Positions 1 to 10,593 of a stretch of 64,000 bases of DNA are shown here, one piece after another (the stretch's first letter is position 1; every line of letters begins with the position of its first letter). Origin of the DNA: Prevotella sp. (GTDB lineage: Bacteria; Bacteroidota; Bacteroidia; Bacteroidales; Dysgonomonadaceae). The notes under the pieces were generated by a model. That model saw only the letters and a list, made by a program, of their open reading frames with translations. It did no database searches and was not told the origin of the DNA. Location of the stretch: NCBI GenBank assembly GCA_031285625.1, contig JAITVV010000017.1, forward strand, positions 1-64,000, in the 5' to 3' direction. The translations under genes and the position numbers were made by a program.

Positions 1-263
1 ACATTGAAGCGAGGCGCAAAAGCATTTTTGGTTCCTTTTTTTGATTTGGAAAAAAGGAACACAAGCAATCTGTGATTGCGCGTAGTATAATTGAATTGAA
101 CATATAATTCTAACTACCGATTCATATAAATCGCTTGTTAAAGATAAAAAGTAACAAAAGTGACAAAAGTGGCACATTTTTCACTATTTCTTCTGTTACT
201 TTTTACTCTCTTCAATTCTCAAAGACCTTTCTCTATTAGATAATTTTGATAGATTATAGTTTA

Positions 264-3200
264 TTATTTTATATCAACCTTGTCCATATCATTATTCGCA
301 TTTATGACAGGGAAATACATCATTTCCGCCTTAGCAGGATTAAGAATATATTGTCCGGAATAGCGAGGTATCAGATTAATGGTATATCTGTATTCTCCCT
401 TCGGCAACTTCTCACAGAAGATAGCAACTTTCTCTTTAAAATACTCCCGATATACCTCATAGTTACTATAACCACGATACTTACTCTGATAACTGCAACC
501 GGCAGGTACGGGCACTTCTATTATCACGTGTTCGGCATTGTCCTGCTTCACTTTTACTTTTACTTCCATAGTCACAGGAACGCCTTTCTCTAAAGTTTCT
601 CTGTTTATAGAAGTCGTTATTTCAAATGCCTCACCAAAATGCTCTTTTGTCCTTCGCTTCATGGTATATGCCGAGTAAATAAGTGGCATGCCATTCTCTT
701 TCCTTATAGATAACTGCTCGCCACCTTGCAGTGTCGTATTGAATGGGAATTCTCTGACCGTTTTATTCTCTTTTCCGGTAAATATTACTGTAGCCTGATT
801 ATCAGCTGTAGTAGACTCGGCTAAGAGATCCGGCAAAATAGTCATCAGGGCAGATGAAGCCTGATAAGTGTTCCATCCATAACGTTTAGTCCCCAATATA
901 TACATTTGCATGCCGTCTATATACTGACGAAGTTCTGAGTCATTACGTGCAATCCGATAAGCTATTACATTAGCTATATCATTGTTGTAATACCAGTAAT
1001 TTGAACGAAGTGTATCTTTTATATTTACTGCACCAAGCACATCCTTGTTTATATGACTGGTCAGAAGTGTTTTGTCATACTCCATCCCCAACTTCTGACG
1101 CATTTCCATCAATGTCAGCTTCTGAGTAAGATATGAATTGCGAACAGCATAATGCTCCGGTCTTTTAGTCTTCTTGTATCTGTTTACCAGAGAGTCTTCG
1201 CGGGCCTCGGTTTTAGCAATTTTGTCTTCAAAGAGTTTTATTATTTCGTCATAACTTTGTTCTGTACCCCAATCAGCCAATGCATTCAGTACATCAATAT
1301 CATATAATGAAGTATTGCGGAAACGATGTACATCAATATAGTCATACTGAACCCTCTTTATATCCAGATCCACCCTATAGCCTGCTATGCGAGCCATATT
1401 CAATGCCCGAAGAATATGGGCTGACATCCAATAAGATGTACTGTTATTATTAGACCACCACGACCATAGTCTGCCCTGATTCTGATTTTTGAGCAAGCGC
1501 CCTATAATCTCATTTACATTCTTATCATATTTAAATGGTTCTTCTTTAAATTGCGCATAAAGACGATAGTTAAGCAAACCTATAAGTTTAGATGCCAATT
1601 GTTCGTTGCATGCATATTTGTATCCCATCAGGTAGCCTGCAGCATCCATATATACATCTATCTGCTTGCCTGTGATAGATATTTCTACCTGTTCGTCAGG
1701 GGCAGCAGCAGCATTAATATTATCACCATTACGCAGAAATTGAAGCACACCTTCTGCCACTTCCACCCCTTGTTTTTCGATAGAGATACTCCTTTGTTCT
1801 CCATCCGAATAACCATCATTCCGAGTAAAACGATATGAAAAAGTGAGGCTATCCTGTTCCGATGGAGCCACTACCGGCAGATACTTCTGATAAGAAGCCT
1901 CAAAATGAATTGGAGTACGGAAGATAGAATCACCGTTGTTTACAAAAATTATTTCCCCATCTATTTCCTTATCTTTAGTATAATTACGAATATTAGTAGA
2001 GAAAAGGGAAGAATCTCCTTCAACAAGGAATTGAGGCGTTTTAATTTCTGCCATTAATGGTTTGTATGAGTTGATGCTACGACGCAGAGTACCTGTTTTC
2101 AATTTCCGGTTCATAGCATATACTACAGCCTGCCATTTGGTTATATTATCAGGAAAAGTAACAGAAAAGTGCACCTCTCCTTTTTTATCTGTTACCAGCT
2201 TAGGCTCCCAGAAGCCCACATCAGAGAAGTTGGAACGCATACCATCGAGTTGCATCAGTTCACTATAAAGTTTAGCCGAAGCATCATCTTCTACGGTTTC
2301 TGATTCCGTATAGCTTTCCATTTCATGGCTAGTGATCATACCGGAAGCGGAAACACTACTTACAGATCCTGTCAGACTCATCTTTTTCTGTACGCCATAC
2401 GCAACTACAACCACTTCTTCAAGTAGTTGGGAATCTTCTTTCAACACTACGGTAATACTACTGCCCCGTGTTACTTTCATTTCTTCCCGCTTATAACCGA
2501 TATAACTGAAAACAAGTGTATTTTCTGCACCATGCAGATCAAGTATAAATTGGCCGTCAATATCAGTCATAGTTCCTGCCAATGTCCCTTTTATATTTAT
2601 ACTCACCCCTATCACAGGCTCTCCCTGTTCATCAGTAACTATTCCTCTGACATCATTGGCTGGATTAAAATACTGCTTACCAATATCGGAATAGCTTTTG
2701 GATGTTGTGCCTCCCCTATATCCGCTTGCAGATACCGTTTGAACAAGTGGTTGGTATTCCAGCCATTTAGCTGATACGGAATCTTTAGGATGCTCTGTGC
2801 ATTTATCCATTTTGAGTTCTACATAAGTACCATAATGTAGTGGAACATCATTATATCTCAGGTAGTTTCCATTGCTATACAGTGCAAAAATATCGTAATT
2901 ACCATATTTCATATCTTTCAATCCATACATGCCATCATTTCCATAGCTACCGAGCACATTCCGGTTAAAAACCGGCACGAATAATTTTCCTGTCTCCCTG
3001 TTACGCATTATAATACCACGAACGCCCGATTTCTCTTTATCTTTCGGTATATGGATTTTAGTATTCCGTAAGCTAACCACTCCCGGGAACCATTTGTCTT
3101 CGACTACGGGAACTAAACCGATCTTACGTCCAAACTCCTTTGGAGTAAAATGAAAATCGTTAAGATTTGAAAAATTATTATCTACGCTCCTGTTCAAAGT

Positions 3201-5999
3201 TTTAGGGTATGGGCTGTCAGGGTATTTATATACTACATTATGAGCATATTTATATCTAAAACCTCCTTCATGAAAATACTCCACACCATCCATATAACGA
3301 TACATACCTTCATCTAAAGGACCTACTGTTTGATGTGTTTTCGAATTGTATCTTTGATTTCCTTCAAAACGAGGATGGAAAACAGGCACTACTATCTTAT
3401 CATTAAGTACATTTCGGGTCATGTATGTAAATCTATCCTCAAAAACAGGGATAACCGATATATATTTCTGATAAAGATTTTCTTCGGTTGAATCCAATTC
3501 ATACACCCAATTCGGATTCTTTTTCGTTCCCTTATTTCTAGCAGGCATATTCACTGTCCTTATATGAGAACTCTTAGGCATATTATTGAGATTGATACTT
3601 AAGATGGTTTTCTTTCCTTCATCAAAACAGTATTTATCAATAATAATAATCCGGTCATGCAGACGTAAACTTATTTTGTGATACCACTTACTATTCACAA
3701 GGAACGAATATCCTTTAGGCTGCCCTGTCCAGCTAAAATAAACAGGTTTTTCATCCACCTCAATAGCATATATAGCAACTTCATTACCATTCACCATTAC
3801 ATAAGGAGCGAATTCGGTAGTTCCATCCGGTGTATCTATTGTATGTTTAAAGATATCATGGTATGGAATAGTCTCTGCAACATAATCGATGGGATACGTC
3901 AAATCTCTATGCAAACGCGGATCGGGGAAAGTGAAACGGTAATAGTCATTCTGGTCCAGATGGGCGATTTTGTTCCAATAATCATAATTCCATTGGGTCA
4001 AAGCCTGAGAATAATTAGCATCTTTCTCATCTATATAATAAGAATCGCGTTTCTCCCTGCCTTTTGGGGTATTGCCATAGTAAGGTAAATCCGGTACATA
4101 ATAATTTAATAATGAATTATATGCAAAGGCTGTTATATCTACTCCTTTCACATTCTGACCACGACTATCGGTAATTTTGATTTTACTATCGATTGTCTGG
4201 CCGGGATATATACGATCCGGCATCTTCCAATCTATATTCAGAAATTCTTTTTGGGGTGCAAATACCCTTCTATATACTTGATCCTCATCCCCCATTGTGA
4301 AAAATATTTCCAGAAAATAGGCCACATCAAGATCAATATATGGTTTCTTAAAGTCAATTTCTTTTCCTGAACCTTTCTCGAGCAGTGTATTACCTTCATA
4401 AACATACCATGCAACATCCAGTCCCAGGGGGTTAACGAGTTCGAGCACGAGCGAATCCTTAACCAGACCTCCCTTTATATCCAGTTCGTGATGCATACTA
4501 CTTACATCTATATCTTTAGAGATTTTATACTTCGGAACAGAAATAGAATATAGTTCAATATTTTGCTTAAATTTCTCTACATGAGGAAGAACGATATCCT
4601 GAGGCTCTTTCCTATTTATCGACATTTTTGCAGGTACACTTTTTTCTACACCCAGTTCACTAAAGCTAATAACTATCGTAGAATCTTTGGTATCATAACT
4701 GATATCATAGTAGGATTTGTAAAATACAACATTATGCGAAGCCGTCAGAGACTGGCCATCAGGTGTTAGCACTGATACATCAACCCGATAGCTACAATCT
4801 GTCCTATCAAAAAGAGAAGCAGGTATCTTATATGTAGTAGGGGTATCATTATTAAGGTTAATTGTATCGCGCCTGATAATATCCGGAACAATTAAAAGAT
4901 CAACATACGAATTTTTCACCTCGCCTCTGGAGATTGCTATTTGTGCCCTCATATCAGGCATAATAAGGTTATTTGCATCAACCACCTTTATTTCCACCTC
5001 ATTGTCATTTGGGAAATATTGTGTAAAATCTTTAAGCTTGGTTTCTATCTTGTTATCATACAATTCATAATCCTCATACCGGAAAGTAGTATGACCGACA
5101 ACTCTTCCTTTCTTGTCGCGCAATTGTAGTGAATAGTTTTTATCGAGCCTTAGTTTAAGAGAATCATGCAGATTTAGTTCTCCGGCAAAGCCTCCGGGGT
5201 TATACGGATCTATTTCAGTTATCTTTTTAAAATCATACCTGTCAGGTTTTTCCATCCAAAGTTCCAATGCTTTCTTTATTGGTTTCTTTCCCCCTGTCAG
5301 CGCATATGATTTAAAGCGAACTTTTTCACCGGGTTTATATTTATTCTTGTCCGTGATCATATAACTATAAAAATCAGGACCGGAGTCTCTACTTCCTCCA
5401 TAATTACTTCCATATGAAGGGCGGACAATATGTTTAGTAAGGTCGAATACTGCTGTAAATTTATTATGTTCCACTGTCAATATCCGCTGAGGATTTTCTG
5501 ACCAATCATCCGTTCTATACACCTTACTCTCTACATCATACGGAATTTGTGAGTCAAACAACCGCCATTTACCATTTTGTATTTTTACCTTTGCATCACT
5601 TCTCACCTCCCCTTCGGAATCTACGACCTGCAGCGTTAAAATACCATATTCGCGAAATAAAAATACTTGAAAAGGTATAATGGGCATATATCTGTAATTG
5701 ATCCTGTTCTTTGCTATACTGGCATATATAAAGTGTCCTTGCTGAGGAGCATTTTCCCATTTGCCTTTGATAGTAGCCACATGGTTGTACAAGAGCTTTT
5801 CCATTAGTTTTTCACTACCGCCCTCTTTCAGAAACTTCAAAGCTTCCTTATTTGTTATCTCAAATATAAAAATTGAATCACAGCCTTCGCGCCACTCTAT
5901 ACGCTCGGTCAGAGATATCTGCCCATACATCGGAGTAATTAGAAAGCTAAAAGCGAATACTATAAGAAATATGTAAAGTAGTGAAGGTAATTTTTTCAT
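264..5999 (-). CDS. Alpha-2-macroglobulin family protein with inserted carboxypeptidase-regulatory-like (SusC N-terminal extension) domain
   Basis: 1911 aa; signal peptide; MG2-like TDKNKYKPGEKVRF; A2M motif RSNFSDVGFWEP...FPDNITKW; thioester-type YACNEQ; C-terminal IEVPVPAGC...PAKAEMMYFP. Confidence 0.9.
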   Translation of the reverse strand: MKKLPSLLYIFLIVFAFSFLITPMYGQISLTERIEWREGCDSIFIFEITNKEALKFLKEGGSEKLMEKLLYNHVATIKGKWENAPQQGHFIYASIAKNRINYRYMPIIPFQVFLFREYGILTLQVVDSEGEVRSDAKVKIQNGKWRLFDSQIPYDVESKVYRTDDWSENPQRILTVEHNKFTAVFDLTKHIVRPSYGSNYGGSRDSGPDFYSYMITDKNKYKPGEKVRFKSYALTGGKKPIKKALELWMEKPDRYDFKKITEIDPYNPGGFAGELNLHDSLKLRLDKNYSLQLRDKKGRVVGHTTFRYEDYELYDNKIETKLKDFTQYFPNDNEVEIKVVDANNLIMPDMRAQIAISRGEVKNSYVDLLIVPDIIRRDTINLNNDTPTTYKIPASLFDRTDCSYRVDVSVLTPDGQSLTASHNVVFYKSYYDISYDTKDSTIVISFSELGVEKSVPAKMSINRKEPQDIVLPHVEKFKQNIELYSISVPKYKISKDIDVSSMHHELDIKGGLVKDSLVLELVNPLGLDVAWYVYEGNTLLEKGSGKEIDFKKPYIDLDVAYFLEIFFTMGDEDQVYRRVFAPQKEFLNIDWKMPDRIYPGQTIDSKIKITDSRGQNVKGVDITAFAYNSLLNYYVPDLPYYGNTPKGREKRDSYYIDEKDANYSQALTQWNYDYWNKIAHLDQNDYYRFTFPDPRLHRDLTYPIDYVAETIPYHDIFKHTIDTPDGTTEFAPYVMVNGNEVAIYAIEVDEKPVYFSWTGQPKGYSFLVNSKWYHKISLRLHDRIIIIDKYCFDEGKKTILSINLNNMPKSSHIRTVNMPARNKGTKKNPNWVYELDSTEENLYQKYISVIPVFEDRFTYMTRNVLNDKIVVPVFHPRFEGNQRYNSKTHQTVGPLDEGMYRYMDGVEYFHEGGFRYKYAHNVVYKYPDSPYPKTLNRSVDNNFSNLNDFHFTPKEFGRKIGLVPVVEDKWFPGVVSLRNTKIHIPKDKEKSGVRGIIMRNRETGKLFVPVFNRNVLGSYGNDGMYGLKDMKYGNYDIFALYSNGNYLRYNDVPLHYGTYVELKMDKCTEHPKDSVSAKWLEYQPLVQTVSASGYRGGTTSKSYSDIGKQYFNPANDVRGIVTDEQGEPVIGVSINIKGTLAGTMTDIDGQFILDLHGAENTLVFSYIGYKREEMKVTRGSSITVVLKEDSQLLEEVVVVAYGVQKKMSLTGSVSSVSASGMITSHEMESYTESETVEDDASAKLYSELMQLDGMRSNFSDVGFWEPKLVTDKKGEVHFSVTFPDNITKWQAVVYAMNRKLKTGTLRRSINSYKPLMAEIKTPQFLVEGDSSLFSTNIRNYTKDKEIDGEIIFVNNGDSIFRTPIHFEASYQKYLPVVAPSEQDSLTFSYRFTRNDGYSDGEQRSISIEKQGVEVAEGVLQFLRNGDNINAAAAPDEQVEISITGKQIDVYMDAAGYLMGYKYACNEQLASKLIGLLNYRLYAQFKEEPFKYDKNVNEIIGRLLKNQNQGRLWSWWSNNNSTSYWMSAHILRALNMARIAGYRVDLDIKRVQYDYIDVHRFRNTSLYDIDVLNALADWGTEQSYDEIIKLFEDKIAKTEAREDSLVNRYKKTKRPEHYAVRNSYLTQKLTLMEMRQKLGMEYDKTLLTSHINKDVLGAVNIKDTLRSNYWYYNNDIANVIAYRIARNDSELRQYIDGMQMYILGTKRYGWNTYQASSALMTILPDLLAESTTADNQATVIFTGKENKTVREFPFNTTLQGGEQLSIRKENGMPLIYSAYTMKRRTKEHFGEAFEITTSINRETLEKGVPVTMEVKVKVKQDNAEHVIIEVPVPAGCSYQSKYRGYSNYEVYREYFKEKVAIFCEKLPKGEYRYTINLIPRYSGQYILNPAKAEMMYFPVINANNDMDKVDIK

Positions 6000-6082
6000 A
6001 TGTATAGTAGATAGTGTTTTAACAAAGATAAAAGAAAAAATGAAAATAAGGCATGAGATGAAATATTATCCAAATAAATATT

Positions 6083-6116
6083 AAAAATCCTGCAAATCAT
6101 CTCGACTTGCAGGATT
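6083..6116 (-). terminator. Intrinsic terminator of the PUL
   Basis: AATCCTGCAA (6086-6095) / TTGCAGGATT (6107-6116) inverted repeat followed by a T-run on the minus strand, downstream of the GH2 gene. Confidence 0.7.
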
Positions 6117-6157
6117 CTACCTTTATTCACTTTTTCTAATACTAATTAAGCTCCATG

Positions 6158-9100
6158 TTATTTAAGAAGATAACCAATTATATTTGTCAATAGTTTCCCG
6201 GCAACCGGATCTGTTGTCGATTTTTCAACAGCCATTGTCGATACTGTCATAGTTCCGTTTCCATCATGTATATTTAGTAATGGAAATCCCTTAATAGTTT
6301 TCACATATTCTGACCGTTGTTCCATATCTCCATTTATATATCCGTGTATTTTGGTCTGATTAGCCAATTCTTCTACATTTATATTCCTGTGAATTTTAAG
6401 AACAGAGTTGCAGATAGTTGGTACTTCACGCTTGTTGTTATTGAAATATCTTAACTCCAGTAAATCTATACCGTTGAACACTGGTGATTCGGGTATTTCC
6501 ATATTTGCGATATCTCCTTCAGTCGGTATCATACTACCTGTAATATATTCAGGATATATTTGCTGTGTGGTTACAGGAGAATTAGATATGAATACTTTAC
6601 CTCCCTTCGAGATGTAATTTCTTATCAGTTCGATTTCACCTGCACTAGATTTGCCATCAATTCCTGAAAATATGTAAAGAGCAGCCTTTGTCTTCATTGC
6701 TTCTGTAACTGTAGTTACCTGAGAATAATTTACACCCAGATAGTCTAAAGATGCTTTAAGGTTATTGAAATCAACAAGTACAATTTTCTTCCCGTCAGAT
6801 TGAAGTGTATTCCATTTCTTATCTGCTAAAAGTATTTTGTATTCATTTTCTGAAACCTGTACACCTTTCTCCGTCAGTCTTAATTTTAGTTTAGCTGTTA
6901 ACTTTTCAGTAGGCAGATTGTCGGGTATTTTTATTACAGGAGTCATCATGTGACGCCCATAATGTTTTACTCCGGCTGCCTTTTCCTGCCCTTTCATCAA
7001 TACTTTACCGGTTTCAGATTCGATAGACCAGTAAAGAATAGATGGTTCCAAATCTTTTCCATTTTCTCTATCATTTACAATATATATCTGGGTAGGTATA
7101 TTTTCTCCTGCATAAAAACTTCTACCCCAAAGCTCTGCACTAACCAATACCGGTTGGAATGCCCTCTTAATTGCATAATAAGTGGGGTATGGCTCGATAG
7201 TATTGACATCATATACATTGCGAAACCAAGTGAGTAACGCAAAATGAAGAATACCGGATGCCTTATCGTTCGACCGGCGCAATGCTTCTGCCAGTTCTCC
7301 TGTGATAAAGGACTGTACTTCGAGAAAGGCATTCGGATTACCATAAGCATAGGCCTGATAACCAATTAATGTTTGAGGATTCTGATGTACTAATGTATAG
7401 AAACGTGTCGGATGTCCTGTCTCATTATTCGGATATCCGGTAGACATCTCCTGACTGATAAGAGGACGCCCCTCATTACGGTTCCGTTGTTGAAATTCCC
7501 CGTTAAATTCTTTAAAGATCGTATGATCATACCAATTAATATATGAATGTATATCATCAATATCCCCATCATCGATCCCTTCATAAAAAGCTTGCCCCTG
7601 TTTGGCTATATTACGGCGATAATTAGAGTCGAAACTTATAGGGCGCGTAGGATCTATTTTCCTCATTTGTTTAACAACATCAGAAATTATCATCATCTTT
7701 TCTTTCCGCTTTGCCAAGTCCGGCTCATTATCGTAAAACTTCATTTCATTGTTGATTGTCCAGAAAAGGATAGACGGATGATTTCTGTACTTCTTTATTA
7801 AGCTGAGGTACTCCTTTGCCCACATGTCTATCAGTAACCTGTCGGGCATCGATTCATGAATCATTAGCCAAGGCCATGTGCCTTCATGACTGATACCTAT
7901 TCCATTTATATCAGCAGCCTCAATCCACAATTTATTATATGGAGTAGTATGCGTACGTGTAACATCAATATTACCGGCTTTCATTATCTGATAAAAGCTA
8001 TTAGCCAGATTGGCATCGTTAGGTGCCAGCGCAAAAGGAGTATGATTACCACCCCGCAACCAATAAGGCTTATTATTAAGATACAACAATCCATTCTTCG
8101 ACTCAAACGTACGGAATCCCGATACAATAGCCATATCATCTATTGGTTGATTGTTTGCTTTAAGTTTAAAGATAAAATTGTAAAGATTCGGTAATTGCGG
8201 AGTCCACAACCGGGGCTTTAACCCAGTAATAGAATAAGTTACAAGTTTTTCCTCTCCTGGATTCAATTCAATCTTATTCAGTGACTCTTCTGTATAAAAC
8301 AGATTTTGTGTATTGTCGATAATATCAGTCGATAAGCTAAATTTTGCCTTTTTGCCTGAATGATTCTTAAGTGTAACATCAAACGTTGCCCCATCAAGCG
8401 CCGGCTTGATAAATACATCTTCTATCCTCACAGGATCAGAGATCACAAGCGATACAGGCTGCCATATTCCGGCAGGATCATCTCCATAAAAGCCATGCGC
8501 AATATCTTTTAGCATTCTGTTGGTTACGGGAACAGTAACAGCTACATCCACTATCTTATCCGCATCTTCTATATTCTTAATATAGTCACGGGTAACATAT
8601 ACTGCTACTAGATTTTTACCCGGTTTCAATAGAGAAGAGACATCAGCTTTGATCTCGCCAAACATACCAACATTGGATGTTACTTTGATACCATTTACAT
8701 ATACATCAGCCATTTTGGAAACTGCATCGAACACCAGTTCCATATTTTTGCCTTTTACATCAGCTGGTAATTCGATCCATTGACGATACCATGCTGCCTT
8801 GGTTTTCCTATAATCGAATGTATAATTTTCGCAACGAGCCGTTTCTTTCTGATAATAAGTATCCGATACCCCTTTCGGAAATTTACCCATCGTCTCACCA
8901 TGTAACCAGATACGGATAGGATTCCAGAAATCAGGCACATTCATTACGTGCCACTGATTATCGGCTGTACTGGGATCAGCCTCTTTTTGAGTATTCCTTA
9001 CTTCATAATCAGGTAAAAACAACCAGTTACCATTCAATGTTATTTCTGTACGTGTCGTGTTTATTTTATCTATTTTGACAGGCTGATAAGTAGCCCGTAT

Positions 9101-9772
9101 TTTTTTTCGTTCTGTCTCTTTTTCCTGTTCGGAAACTTTTACTTCATATACCTTATTTGAGATGCCATCCAGAGCATTGGCCTGAAGTGGTGTAATTACC
9201 AGATCATCAAATTCGGTTTCTATCCAGCCTCCTCCAAGTGTTATCGGACCATATGGAGCCAGGTTGCTATTATTATCCACAACGTCTATTCGCGGAAGTG
9301 CCTCATCATTAAGAAAAACCCGGATACGATTTCCACAAACTTCAATTCTGAAATTGTACCATTCACCTGGAACAGGATGAAAATCTACCGGACGGATATC
9401 CAATAGCTCATCTGTACCCATATATCCCATACGGCTTAGATAGATATCGTCCTGTAGTCCTCCTTTCAGACCGATAATGTAACGATCAAACCTGTTATAT
9501 GCTCTGAATCCGGCCCATATTTGTACTTGCTCTGCATCTTTTGGTGCACGTGCTTTGAATGTTGCAGTATAATCTTTAAGGTTCTGATCACCAAAGCATC
9601 CATAGGCGTCCTTTGATTTAAAAACTCCATTCTCAATCCGGCATTCACCTCTCCCAACCAGAGACAACTTAGACTGATGATTATCAAAGTTTTCACGAAT
9701 CTGACTGCTTATATTTAATGCGAAGAAAGAAACCAGTAAACATAGAATCCCTTTAATTCTCCCGTTTTTCAT
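6158..9772 (-). CDS. Glycoside hydrolase family 2 with N-terminal DUF1080/LamG-like domain
   Basis: GH2 motifs LNGNWLF, AAWYRQW, LWTPQLPNLY, GFRTFE, RNHPSILFWTINNE (acid/base) and ISQE (likely nucleophile); signal peptide. Confidence 0.85.
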   Translation of the reverse strand: MKNGRIKGILCLLVSFFALNISSQIRENFDNHQSKLSLVGRGECRIENGVFKSKDAYGCFGDQNLKDYTATFKARAPKDAEQVQIWAGFRAYNRFDRYIIGLKGGLQDDIYLSRMGYMGTDELLDIRPVDFHPVPGEWYNFRIEVCGNRIRVFLNDEALPRIDVVDNNSNLAPYGPITLGGGWIETEFDDLVITPLQANALDGISNKVYEVKVSEQEKETERKKIRATYQPVKIDKINTTRTEITLNGNWLFLPDYEVRNTQKEADPSTADNQWHVMNVPDFWNPIRIWLHGETMGKFPKGVSDTYYQKETARCENYTFDYRKTKAAWYRQWIELPADVKGKNMELVFDAVSKMADVYVNGIKVTSNVGMFGEIKADVSSLLKPGKNLVAVYVTRDYIKNIEDADKIVDVAVTVPVTNRMLKDIAHGFYGDDPAGIWQPVSLVISDPVRIEDVFIKPALDGATFDVTLKNHSGKKAKFSLSTDIIDNTQNLFYTEESLNKIELNPGEEKLVTYSITGLKPRLWTPQLPNLYNFIFKLKANNQPIDDMAIVSGFRTFESKNGLLYLNNKPYWLRGGNHTPFALAPNDANLANSFYQIMKAGNIDVTRTHTTPYNKLWIEAADINGIGISHEGTWPWLMIHESMPDRLLIDMWAKEYLSLIKKYRNHPSILFWTINNEMKFYDNEPDLAKRKEKMMIISDVVKQMRKIDPTRPISFDSNYRRNIAKQGQAFYEGIDDGDIDDIHSYINWYDHTIFKEFNGEFQQRNRNEGRPLISQEMSTGYPNNETGHPTRFYTLVHQNPQTLIGYQAYAYGNPNAFLEVQSFITGELAEALRRSNDKASGILHFALLTWFRNVYDVNTIEPYPTYYAIKRAFQPVLVSAELWGRSFYAGENIPTQIYIVNDRENGKDLEPSILYWSIESETGKVLMKGQEKAAGVKHYGRHMMTPVIKIPDNLPTEKLTAKLKLRLTEKGVQVSENEYKILLADKKWNTLQSDGKKIVLVDFNNLKASLDYLGVNYSQVTTVTEAMKTKAALYIFSGIDGKSSAGEIELIRNYISKGGKVFISNSPVTTQQIYPEYITGSMIPTEGDIANMEIPESPVFNGIDLLELRYFNNNKREVPTICNSVLKIHRNINVEELANQTKIHGYINGDMEQRSEYVKTIKGFPLLNIHDGNGTMTVSTMAVEKSTTDPVAGKLLTNIIGYLLK

Positions 9773-9845
9773 ATTTGTTTTTTAATTTGAATATTAACAA
9801 ATGGAAGCAAGGAGCTTTTCACTCCCTGCTTTTCATTAATAAATT

Positions 9846-10574
9846 CTATTTCACCTCTACCGTTTTAATATCTGTATAATTATATTTTTGGAAACTATCA
9901 TTTACACGAACACCTATCCTTACAAAATAAGTTCCTTTCCTTTTGATTGGTGCTTTAGTCGTGATTGTCAACGGTTGGCCCTCCTTAGAATTATCCACTC
10001 CCACAACTCCGGCCACAATACTCCCATCGAAATTATTATTTCCAACATATTGTGTACTGGAAATAAACATCTGGTAGTCTTTCAGTGCAGGCATAGCGGC
10101 ACCTGAAGGAGAAGCATTACGTGTAAATTTGAAGGAAGAAATAATGTTTCCCTCAGCATCTGTAGTGGGATCAGCCACCCATTCTACATCGAGATAGGGA
10201 GTCACTGTAAAATCAACAGTTGTAGTCCCTTTCACATCTACTGTCTTCATATCACCTTCGGCAAAAGGATAGAAAGCCCCTTCGATAGGAGTTATACGGT
10301 ATTTAGCTGCGAAAATCTTTCTATTGATATAGGTACCATCCTGATGAATATTCAGATAAAGAGGAAGAGGATTTTCACTCCAGCTTAATTCTTCCAGCCT
10401 TAATTTTATACTTCCTTGTCCTTGCTCCGCCTGATATGGAGCGCCTTTACTTGTTGTAATTGTACCCTGTAATGTTGCATCAGGAGCATCATAGTTATCC
10501 TTTTCACACGAACTGAATACCAGAATCAGAGTAAACAGGAATATATAATATTTTATATTTGATATCTTTTTCAT
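9846..10574 (-). CDS. PUL-associated lipoprotein (DUF3823-like)
   Basis: Lipobox FSSC followed by EKDNYDAPDATLQG; lies directly downstream of SusD. Confidence 0.75.
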   Translation of the reverse strand: MKKISNIKYYIFLFTLILVFSSCEKDNYDAPDATLQGTITTSKGAPYQAEQGQGSIKLRLEELSWSENPLPLYLNIHQDGTYINRKIFAAKYRITPIEGAFYPFAEGDMKTVDVKGTTTVDFTVTPYLDVEWVADPTTDAEGNIISSFKFTRNASPSGAAMPALKDYQMFISSTQYVGNNNFDGSIVAGVVGVDNSKEGQPLTITTKAPIKRKGTYFVRIGVRVNDSFQKYNYTDIKTVEVK

Positions 10575-10593
10575 ATAAGTTTCTTTTAGGGGA

